Assembly (NCBI GenBank): GCA_000934665.2
Contig: KZ538162.1
Coordinates: forward strand, 62,001 to 109,952
DNA length: 47,952 nt
Reading direction: 5' to 3'
Origin: Catajapyx aquilonaris
Taxonomy: Eukaryota
Shown here: one piece after another, positions 38,279 through 47,952 of the stretch
Numbering within the stretch: position 1 is the first letter of the stretch
Layout: each line of letters begins with the position of its first letter
Made by a program: the position numbers and the translations under genes
The notes under the pieces: generated by a model
The model's database searches: none
Told to the model about the DNA's origin: nothing
The model's input: only the letters and a program-made list of their open reading frames with translations

Positions 38279-41200
38279 GCCATCTTGACAAAATTGGGGA
38301 CCCAAGCTTCCTAGTCCAATAGGCTCGAGTTATGACCGTTGGTGCTATTAATGACACGTTCGGCTGTTGCTCTTTTCATATTTCGACTAGATTAACCCGT
38401 TTATGTTATGCTGACTGCTCAACTGCGTTTGACACCTTCATTGTTTTTCCCCAAACTGACAAGTCCAAAACGCGCGGACATTTTTTTTTTTTGGGAGGGT
38501 TACTGTGGGGGTGGGGGTGGGATAGAAATGGTTTTGCATCGGGCCGTCACGGATAAATCTGATTTCAGTCTATTTTGCAGCTGCACAAAATTGTGTGTCG
38601 GCCACACATGTTAATACTGTCGAGAATGGTGGAAAAATTCATTGCTTTATTGACTCCCATAATCCCCCCCGTCCGCAGCTCTCTATTCTATTTTTTTTTC
38701 CAGTCCAAACGAGTCGGCCACATGTGTTTACTGCCCCGATCAACTCGACTCGATTATCCGCTTTCGTTGCACGACCTTAATTGCACGACCTTTGACCCAC
38801 CGTTGCCCATCCCGCACCTGAAGAATCCTCCCACAACTTTTTCCATCCTGGCGTGGGAACGTGCTCTTCTTCCGTGCTGCATGCCCTCCTTCTGGTGCAC
38901 CGTCTGAGGCTGTTGGCCCTGTAGACGTGGTCCGAAAATCCCAGACTCGACACGTCTATTACGAATTCAAGTCGCAGGGCCTTCCACGGATAGGCATTTA
39001 CATTTAAGAGCCTCCTCTGCTGACACGCTGGGGTCATCGTTGGGGACCTCTTTTTCTGCTTTTAGACTCATGTTTACTGCTATTCCGTGCCAGAAATCAA
39101 GTTGCACCAGTACAATTCATCAACAGACCAAAAATGTGTGCAATGATATTTCTCATGAACTGCGAGGAAGTTCTTATTATACGGCTGTTGGGTTCATGAA
39201 AATTGTGGCGGATAGCGGATCGTGTTTTCTGGCAAGGAACGTTGCACCCTCATTAGCTCGAGGCTACTTTCTGACCACTTTTTATGCATGGGGAAAGCCA
39301 TATGGTACCATCCCCAGCTAAAAATTTTCGGACCGCAATGTCACACCTGAAGACCAGTTACGCCTGATAACACCAGAGGTTCCTCAAATAAACCAAACCA
39401 AATCTGTAACCAGAGATCCGAATCGTTTCACTGGAGATGATAACATACGCAACTAAAACCAAGTTCTAACCATTGTAAACAAGTGTTAATAAGAATCCTA
39501 GTTCATTCTCGCGAAATTTTTTGTCACCTAAAAATGCGGAGTCATAAACACCCTATAACACTCTGCATTGCATCCAGTCGGAAAGGAACATCAAAAGCCC
39601 CGCTCTTTCCCTGCCACTCTTTAGATTTAGCATAACTCACAGTTGCGACGACAGAAACATGTATAGACACCTCTGAAACAAAAATGTTCAATCCATATGG
39701 TACGCAAACCTCCCGCATTTCCAAAAAAAATTCTAAACTCATTTCCCTAGCCCATTTCCAAAGACGTTGACGTGAAAAATAAAGAATCTCGGAAAAAAAT
39801 CTCCCCAAAAAAACCTATTAAAATGTTGTAAAAGTGTCTTGTGTGTGATTTCCCATTGCGAGCATAAAGTAGCATGCATGATTGAAGTTCCATTTCGGAG
39901 GTCTCCCAGACTGGTAAAAAATAATACTTGATCCGAGCGGGCACGTCAGGAGGTGGAAAAGTCAGAGAAAAAGATTCTTTTTTCTTTTTCTCCCAAGAAA
40001 TTTTCCCCTTCTTGCAAAGACGAGGTTTGTTCCCCAACCGCGACGTCCATAATGGAAATGTGTCACTTGACGGAGTGACAGGAAAAATAGCAGATTATAG
40101 ACTGTCGGCACCAGCAACCTCGACAGAATGATGATTCATTTATGCAGAACACTCCTTGCACATGCAATATTCTGCTTGATGCCCTCTCTTCGTACAATAG
40201 CCACGTAACAGAAGATGGTCGAAGCAACTTAGGCAAGTCACCGACTCCCGGAGTCTACGTAATTGCTTCATCTATGTAGAGCTGAAGCCTGAAAGGTGGC
40301 GAGATAATTTGTGTTATTGTTGCCAGACGCAAGCGAAATGGCTCTGCACCTGTAGAGACCCCCGACTCATAATAACGTGTACAGTGTCAGCGAAACAGGA
40401 GCCACCTTTATCCCAACCTTCTGAAGAAAACACCTAACAAAAGACCAGGTCTGAAAAAGCAAAAAAAAAAAAAGGAACTCTCGACAGCTAATTAAAAATT
40501 AAGGTTCTAACAAATTTTTACTCAGTAGTCTACAAATGAGTGTTTTGACGCACTTCTTCGGACCCAAAACTGGCCTATATCTCCTGCCGCCACAAATATG
40601 CCGTCAGCCCAGCGAATGGCCCAAGTAATAATCCAATATGGCGTAATAACTGGGCGAATGAGATTCGTTAACCAATCTGCTGTAGCCAGAGGCCCTATAG
40701 CCGTATCCATAACCGCAGGACGCAGTGGGTTAGCCCGTGTGTAGACACCAACGTTGTTTTAATTCCATTATCATCCTCCGGCTTCCTGATCGCCCAGACA
40801 ACTCTGGCCACTTTTTAAAGAAGAATCCCATAGGAAGCCACCTTTAAAAAAAAAGAAGTGTTCCATAGAAAAGTGTCTCATAGGAGGCCAACTTTTTCAC
40901 ACGTTACAGAAATAGCAGCATTGTCAACCCATTTATTGGCGCATATATACGATTACCTTGTCCGCGTGTGTTTGAACAATGTATCAAACCTGCATGTGGC
41001 TTTTTTGTAGGTCTGGTCTAGCATTGGTTTCTCTGCCCTAGAAATGTTTGCATTATCGATTCGACGGACGCAAGGTAACGATTACCTAAATCATTCTGTC
41101 CACTTGGCGACATGCGCGTGTTCCTCTCCACTTTTACTTATTTCCTTCTTGTCTATTTTTGGCGCGGCCTTCCGTTAGATGTACAGTGCCCTCTCAGGAA

Positions 41201-44200
41201 GTTCAATTAAAGTAACCACAGGTCTGCCTGAAGTCAAGGGCTTATTTTTCACTTTGCCCGACCCGAAAATTACTGGGTTTCGAACCTCGTCTCATTCCCA
41301 CGAACAATTTAAGCAAAGCAACGCCCCATTATGCCCCGTTTAAACGGGTAAGACATGGCCAACAATTTGTTTTCGCCAATATGCACTTGAATCAACTGGG
41401 ACAATGGAATGTTGAAAAACCAGATCAGAAACTGGATACAGTTCATTAGAATGCACTGTTTCACTCTTTTTTTTATATATATACACTTTTTATTTGATTT
41501 TCCTTCGCATGCGTGAAGCACGTTCCAGTGTTTGTCGATGCAGAAGCGTCGCGTCGTGCCGCAAATGGGTGGACCTCTGCCTTGATAAAAAGCGGAAGGA
41601 ACTTCTCTATTCACGCGATGCAAAAACCGCAAGAGTATCCAATCACTGCAGACCTTTTTTGACTCATAAGAGGACACGTTCCTTTTTTTTTTTTTTTAAC
41701 TCTCCTTCCTTGATATTTCATCTACACGCTCTAAATTGGCTCACATTTACTCGCACGCTCATTATGGAAATCCTGCTGCAAGGAAGACTAGTAATTTCTG
41801 AGGACAAGAAGAGAGGGAATGCCTTCCCTTTAAAAACTTTGCCAAACCCCCACACAAGACTCGGAAAATTCTACTCACGAATCCGTCGGAGGACAAACGC
41901 GCCCTAACGAAACCTATTGTGCATTCATAGAAATAGGAACCATCCATCAAATCTGTCCGGACGCATTGAAAAATTACATATAACAAATTCATACTTTTTT
42001 GCTAAATTTATGACTTGCAGGGAAAGCGAAAAAAAGGGAGGGTGGGGGAGAGAACTGAGGCCTCCCCATTGGTGACCAGGAACAACCATCAACTTTTATG
42101 CCTGCCCATAATCTCCATTTCTGGCAGTAAACTCATCCGAAAAAGTTTGTATGCAAACGTACTCGAACGATAAGCCTCTGAGGAGGCACGTATAGCCTGC
42201 GGAAAGAGTCGTTTTCTTTGCCAAGCATGAATTCTTAATAAGCACTCCTATACCTGGGGTTCTTGAATAACACCCAACTTCTCAATCGGGGTATCTTGTA
42301 ATGCAACATTATAATCATTGACCACCACACGAAGTAATAAGCAGTGCAATGCTCCACCTCAGGCAGAAGCTCACACACTTGATTACAAGGGAGACGTGCA
42401 GATACGGTCTGCTTCATTGAATCACGAAAGGACCCCTGGGTATATTGCAGGCGCATATTAAAACCCCGGCTGAGCTACGGGAAAAAAATGGCAGGTACAC
42501 AATGCATACAAGGGGGTATTGTGATACACAATATTTCAAGTCGGGGGTGTAGGAATTTCCACCCCCGAAAATGGCGGTATATCGGCTTTAAAAGGGCGGT
42601 TAGTGTATATTCCGGACTAGGGATACCCCCTCCCGTAATTCATTGGTCGCATCACAAATTAAGGATCAAATGGGATCATTTCCCAACACTGATCACTTCG
42701 GACAATGGTGCAACCTATTTTATCGCGGCTTTAACCAGGCCATTTCCATGAAGCGACGCGACATAGGACAGCGACATGGACTCTTTTTGAGTTTTTTTTT
42801 TTTTTTTGGTGGGGGGTGGGGGGTATGTCCCCCTTACAAAATGTCAATACTTGCACTTGCATTATTTATTTGCGGGACGGTCATCAGAAGAGCTTTTGCT
42901 CCAGGATGTACCTGTGCCTCAGTTGCGGGCTTGTCCTCCAACAGAATCGACGTCCATTTTCCAGAGTGTAAACACAATTGCACAAACCAGACTGGAAATC
43001 GAAATGCCCACTCGACCCAACTTGAAGAGTATCCAACATGGNGGGGGGGGGGAGTGTAATCCAGGTCGACATAATTATCGGCAGGTAGTGATGAGTGTGT
43101 TTGACACAAAATGCATAATTAATGTACTCTAAACTTTTTTATAGGTTATAGGCTGCCAATATCCGAATCAACTGTCAGCCATTCAGTTTTGCAGTACATA
43201 CCGGTACGTTGTTTTTTTTTTAATGCCAAATGTTCGCCCTATAGCAATTTAGAAATCGTGGCTTCAAGCGTATGATTTCCATACAGTGTCGTATAACGAC
43301 GTTATGCAAAAGCTACAATCGCACTAAAAATAGGCACGAGTTTTTCAATACCAAGCAATAAATTGTGTAAACATTATCTTTGCCATCTTTTTTTTTTTTA
43401 AAAAAAAGCCTTTGAAGCAGTCGGCAGGCTATAAATCAGCTGATTACAGTCGTCTACAAATTTTCAACTTGTTCTCTGCTCCGATAATGCCGTCCAAAGC
43501 ACTCACATTAAGAGGAAAAATGAGCTCCTTCCTCCTCGAGATGTGCGGTTGAAACCATTGTCAAGTTGCGCCTAGTCAAGAAACCTTGCCAAGTTTGATT
43601 TTACAGCAATCTCGACCTCAACCACCCCAAAAAAGATAATTTCCCTCGGAAGTAAGGGGGCAAGGGCCTGCACCCGTCCCATCTGGACTATACTCCAAAA
43701 GACTGGACTCGTTTTTCAAAAGTTGTCCTGAAAACTATCCCGATATTTCAGCAAAGTGCAGATAACCATTTTTTTTTTTTTTTTGTAAAGTTTGACACAA
43801 ATTATGACAAAGGGGCTGTCTAACGATGCTCATTTCTGGCATATTCTTTCGGTTAATTGCAAGTGTCAGCCGGGCTGTGTTACTACAGGTTATAAAATAA
43901 TGCTATCAACTCCTAAGCACCATTATAGCTACTAGTGATTACAAAAATAACCTGCAGATATATCCATTTTCCCTAGTGACCGTTGCTAATAAGCCTACCA
44001 AATTCCACGATACCATAAAAACTACCTTTATCACCTACCGCCTTCACACACTATTACCCCCACAACTTTTTTTTCAAAGTTTCAACTATTATTCCCCAGT
44101 GTCACGCAATGCACCCGGGTGGTCCGGTTGACCTTCCGTCCCCCCCCCCCCCAAATAAAAAAAACAAACAAACAAACAGGACAGTTCCCTACCTGCAGAA

Positions 44201-45022
44201 GTGAAGATAACAGCAGCCAGACCCAACACCACAATCCACTGCAACTTGGACATCATCAGGTCAGCAAAAAGGTCGGTCTTGTCGAAAATCTAAATATCGC
44301 CACAAGTGTCACTTGGCGCCACTTGAGAATCCAAACAAGCACGACAAAATTTGAGAATTGGAGGGTGGTTAACCCGACAGGTGGGTAAAAGGTGCGAAGA
44401 TTTTTCTATTTCCCGCGTCGCCGAGTCAACTGGATACGAGAGAGAATAAGGGAGCTCTATACTGGGTCTGAAGCCCGATGAACTCTGCGGGCTTTTCGGG
44501 TTTGGTGTGCGCGGTGCACGCCGTTTCTCCCTTGCCTGGGCCCGCCTTTACACATACTCCGGGGCCGCTGGTTCATCGGTGACGCTGCTGTGACGTTGCG
44601 CCTGTTTTCGGCAATCAAAAGCGGCTTGGGGATTGGGCCATAAGGACGGTACCGTGGAGTTGCCAGTCTTTTCCACCCACACTGATCGATGGGATTGGTG
44701 GCCACCACTTCGGTCATTATGTTAGAGGAAAGTGGGATTTCGAACGGTTATGTAGAACAGTGGGGTTTGACCGAGTGTGCGGTGGGTAGAGTCACGTGGA
44801 TGCTCATTTGATAATAAGATAATGGAATTTAGATATGAAAGTGATGATGAGCAATCATATATTATGATACAGGGTGTTGCCTGTAATTTGGGACAGACTT
44901 CTAGGGAAGCGGTTCCCAACCTGGGGGTCTCGACCCCCAAAGGGGTTGCGAAGCCTTTTCCGGGGGGTCGCGCGTGGCCGCGGTAATTTTTGTAAATTAA
45001 AAAAATTACTAAATTTTTTATA

Positions 45023-45352
45023 CATGGTGTATCGTCTTTTTTGTCCGAACAGTTATCGGAAAATTGCGCGTAGCTGCTACTTTTTAACCAGTGACTTGCA
45101 ACCGGTGATTTGTTGGAGGAATGGGGAATGGGGAAAAAGAGGGTCACACATCCCATGGCATGTGTGACCCTCTTTTTTCCAGGCTTGACCCTCAATTTTT
45201 AGCGGGCAGCAGGTATGCCACTTCAACCTACGATTCGCAGGGAATATTCCCCGTTCCTCCGAAAAATCACCGTTTGCATTTCACTGCTTAAAAAGTAGCA
45301 GCTACGCGCAATTTTCCGATAACTGTTCGGACAAAAAAGATGAGACACCATG
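45023..45352. mobile_element. Inner Tc1/mariner-type MITE (330 bp) nested in the hAT element
   Basis: About 107-bp imperfect TIRs (45023-45129 vs 45246-45352). It begins CATGGTGT and ends ACACCATG, flanked by TA (45021-45022, 45353-45354). A long perfect block, CTTTTTTGTCCGAACAGTTATCGGAAAATTGCGCGTAGCTGCTACTTTTTAA, is mirrored on the right. Confidence 0.9.
45134..45177. repeat. 44-bp loop-less palindrome (one mismatch) inside the inner MITE
   Basis: AAAAAGAGGGTCACACAT-c-CCATGG-c-ATGTGTGACCCTCTTTTT. Confidence 0.9.
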
Positions 45353-46227
45353 TATATTATCTGCGATCACCTGACTAGGTTTCAGATTTTTTTTTTGGTA
45401 TATTCGAAGGGGTCGGTGCAATACTGCCCTAACACTCCCAAACTTGATTTTGAGAAAACTGTAGTTGAAAGTTTGAGAGGCCATATACTTGTACATCCCA
45501 TAATTATACCGTGAGGCCCTCCTCCTCAATATCCGCTGGCAACCCCATATCTGTTTGGGAAACGCCGTGCTGTGAAGATGATTACGATGAAAAAATATAT
45601 TACTAAAATTAAAAATTAAAATCAATTTTTTTAAATAGGCAATTTCATCGCGAAGGGTTTTTTCAACACCTACTAACACTCGGGGGAGGAGGGAGGGGTC
45701 GCAGGTTACTTGACTATATCATAAAAGGGGGTCGCGACTCGAAAAAGGTTGGGAACCACTGTTCTAGGGTGTGTAGGGGCTGCATAGGGAAGCAATTTGA
45801 GATTGGACACCCATGGTCGGAAACCCATCCCAAAGGAGCTAGAAAGTCTCAAAGGTCCCTTGACATCCCATTATTGTAACAATATTAATGTTGTTTTATT
45901 CCATTGTGCTCCTTGTTTAGTTGTTATAAATAATTTCGTTCAATAATTGCATAATTGTTACAATAATGGGATTTTGAAGGCCCTGTGTAGCGCCGCGCCG
46001 TCGCGTCGCGTCGGGATGAGTTTCCGACCATGATGGGTGTCCCATCTCAAATTGGTTCTCTAGGCATCTCATACACACCCTAGCAGCCTGTCTCGATTTA
46101 CAGGAAACACCCTGGTATAATTTTCATCAAAAACAAACATTCACACCCCCGAGCACAATAAAGTACAAACACCGAATAAACCGAACAGGTACCGGTACTG
46201 GTACACTGGTTACTAAGGAAAATACTG

Positions 46228-46305
46228 CCATCCTATGATTTCGTCTCTGCAAGGATTATTAGTGTTGGCACCAAACAAAATCCTTGCTGAGATGAAATCA
46301 GATGG
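46228..46305 (+). other. 78-nt imperfect hairpin (pre-miRNA-sized, or a tiny palindromic repeat)
   Basis: Arm TGATTTCGTCTCTGCAAGGATT (46236-46257) pairs with AATCCTTGCTGAGATGAAATCA (46279-46300), with one G-U and one U-U. Basal CCATC/GATGG extension and a 21-nt loop. Confidence 0.6.
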
Positions 46306-46738
46306 TCAACAATATAGCTATAAGTCCGAATTATTGCTCTGAGCAAACAACTAGCGGGCCTGTTACGGAATGGATTCGGTTTTTTTCGGTGCTGTGTGGC
46401 TCAGATGATCCTTGTGGTACGGTACTTGACAAGAAACAGCATGTCAAGACTTGAAATGCAAAACGATCAGAGTCACAATCAAGTTATAGGCATAAACGAA
46501 GGTTTGAAGTTAGAATTTCATTGGACAATGTATTTTCAAACCTTTATGTGCGGAACTATTGCGCCAGAAGACCTTAGCTAATATACTTTTCGTAACTATG
46601 CGCCTACTGTCCACTGAGCAAGATACAGTTGGTTATGTATCATAGTGACAACAACAATCACATTGTTGAAGAATCAGCTGGGGTTGTCAAAACAATCTGC
46701 ATTCTTGGCGATCATTCTACAGCCGTCGGGTCACGAAA

Positions 46739-47172
46739 ATGCCGCTCCCAAATTCTTCCGTAGAACTAGCTGTGTGTGGTTTTCTAACCAGTTTTTTAAT
46801 CCACATGGTTTGTGCCATAGCAACCACAAAGTTCCAGACAAACCCAGAAACACAGCCTGACGAGACGGTACCAGAACCTGAGACTGCGGACTTTATACCA
46901 CAACCTGGGACTTCTGACGAGACGGTGCTACAGCCTACGACTTCTGACGAGACGGTGCTACAGCCTACGACTTCTGACGAGACGGTGCTACAGCCTACGA
47001 CTACTGAAGACATGGTGACAGAAGATGAGGAATCAGAATACCCCAGTTTCGCTGACGTAGACGTATCAATGACTGCATACTACTCTGTGTACGATCATGA
47101 TGGAAATACAGAATACTTCACCGTGTCTGAAGACGAATGTGACAGCATATCCAGTGACATGACAGACATACG
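46739..47172 (+). CDS. Probable first coding exon of a secreted or cell-surface protein with signal peptide and mucin-like Thr/Pro/acidic repeat (unknown family)
   Basis: ATG has A at -3 (gaaaATG). The N-terminal hydrophobic stretch LAVCGFLTSFLIHMVCAIA is followed by an in-frame 10-aa repeat TTSDETVLQP and an acidic, protein-like segment. Likely donor CG|GTATGT at 47172/47173; unspliced, the ORF would end at 47209. A possible acceptor TTCTACAG lies just upstream at ~46722. Confidence 0.7.
46909..47002 (+). repeat. Coding minisatellite, 30-bp unit x3 perfect plus degenerate flanking copies
   Basis: GACTTCTGACGAGACGGTGCTACAGCCTAC occurs at 46909, 46939 and 46969. Diverged copies lie at ~46850-46908, with a partial copy after 46998. 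Confidence 0.95.
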
Positions 47173-47952
47173 GTATGTGACAATTAACGTAGTATTGTCA
47201 AGTATGTAATATTAGGAGTCTCTTTGACAGAGACTGCAGTTTATAAGCACCCACAATATATTTAACTCCCAAAGTCAACCGAGGCGAAATGTCTTTACCT
47301 CGCCGTGTTTGCAAATTCTATTTTACATCTGTGACCAATACAGTATTCATAGCAATAAACCATTCCGCCTCACTGCATGGCTGCGAGTTGTTTTCTTTTT
47401 AAATATTACTTCACAGCACATTTTCAAGTGTGAAATTCAGTTTCGATTCGAGCCCGAGGTTAACTGGCATAAAAAATTTCAGACGCGACAAAAATGGGAA
47501 CTACACTTTGAACTATGTTACAAAACCTGACCTAAATAAAGCAGCATATGTTATTAATTCAGCAATTTCACTACAACAGCTCTAATTATGCAGTAGGGGC
47601 AAGAGCCCTGCAGTGTTCTTGCCTGACACAAATTGTAAACAATGTAGTTGGCGGTATTACTACATACCATTATTAATCAGGAACCCCAAAGTATTAAAGC
47701 AACAAGTGCAGTCCTCCTACTGTTTTACAAAATCCTCCCCTTCAACTTTGCAGCTGTAGCCCTTCCACCCTGAAACTTTTCGACAAACTTCTGTTGGATA
47801 ATGCTGTACACGTGTAACAGTTTGCATTTCTCAAGCTAAACACACACAAAAAATCGTTCAGGTATAGATTCCTGTTGATTCAGCCGGGTAGAATCAAGTA
47901 AAAATGAATGAAAAATTATCCATGTTTGACTGCATTGATTGGGAAAATATAA

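Larger units (their letters stand above)
44907..45761. mobile_element. Non-autonomous hAT (Charlie-like) DNA transposon
   Basis: Imperfect ~16-bp TIRs AAGCGGTTCCCAACCT / AGGTTGGGAACCACTG, matching CAGTGGTTCCCAA-type hAT ends. Exact 8-bp TSD TTCTAGGG at 44899-44906 and 45762-45769, with the TCTAG core typical of Charlie-group targets. GGGGTCGC subterminal motifs recur near both ends. Confidence 0.92.
44870..46114. mobile_element. Outer (oldest) Tc1/mariner-type foldback MITE, interrupted by a hAT insertion
   Basis: Starts TA|CAGGGTGTTGCCTGTAA (44870) and ends TTACAGGAAACACCCTG (46114) followed by gTA. After removing 44907-45769, the left arm (44870-44906 + 45770-~45885) is an imperfect reverse complement of ~45950-46114. 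Shared blocks include CTAGGGTGTGTA, CAATTTGAGAT, GGACACCCAT, GGTCGGAAAC and ATCCCATTATTGTAACAAT. Confidence 0.85.

Noticed and set aside
38612..38633. miR-8/200-like sequence TAATACTGTCGAGAATGGTGGA
   Set aside because: No star arm or hairpin on either side.
38975..39000. YPWK hexapeptide-like motif in minus ORF 38777-39037, and Otx/Hox identity of the locus
   Set aside because: No homeobox or other supporting coding sequence was found in any frame, so gene identity is not assignable.
41270..41295. B-box-like GGTTCGAAACC on the minus strand (tRNA/SINE?)
   Set aside because: No properly spaced A box and no cloverleaf.
41781..41800. miR-7-like GGAAGACTAGTAATTT; also let-7-like (33838), miR-29-like (minus, ~28220-28238) and miR-124-like (minus, ~13468) seeds
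   Set aside because: Only 9-11 nt matches without convincing precursor stems, as expected by chance.
46909..47002. CRISPR-like 30-bp direct repeats
   Set aside because: The units are contiguous with no spacers and lie in frame within a eukaryotic ORF.
46717..47013. Minus-strand ORF with VVGCSTVSSE repeats
   Set aside because: It is the antisense shadow of the plus-strand coding minisatellite.
47754..47817. Possible second exon of the 46739 gene after acceptor CTTCAACTTTGCAG
   Set aside because: In the required phase it reads RCSPSTLKLFDKLLLDNAVHV and then stops, with no strong donor before the stop. It cannot be supported without transcripts.

Overview
This is eukaryotic, largely non-coding DNA from a draft assembly, with six N-gaps next to homopolymer runs. 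CpG is not visibly depleted and there are many poly-G/C and poly-A/T tracts. This fits an invertebrate animal, possibly an echinoderm-like deuterostome (inference only). I found no prokaryotic-type genes, rRNA, tRNA or CRISPR array, and nearly all ORFs in the track look spurious. Well supported from sequence: (i) a TA-flanked Tc1/mariner-type MITE at 3.6-3.9 kb; (ii) a three-level nest of non-autonomous DNA transposons at 44.9-46.1 kb (mariner-type MITE > hAT element with exact 8-bp TSD > second mariner-type MITE); (iii) a probable first coding exon of a secreted or membrane protein with a 30-bp Thr/Pro/acidic repeat at 46.7-47.2 kb (+); (iv) four loop-less palindromes of 34-59 bp. More speculative: the first ~40 kb looks like the regulatory/intronic landscape of an unidentified minus-strand gene. 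It has two sequence-related TATA/CCAAT core promoters (10.1 and 12.4 kb) and two candidate microexons (30 and 27 nt) that each start with a 5' splice-site consensus, the architecture of recursive-splicing (ratchet) exons. Dense homeodomain-type TAAT clusters are also present. I could not find a recognisable coding exon for that gene.
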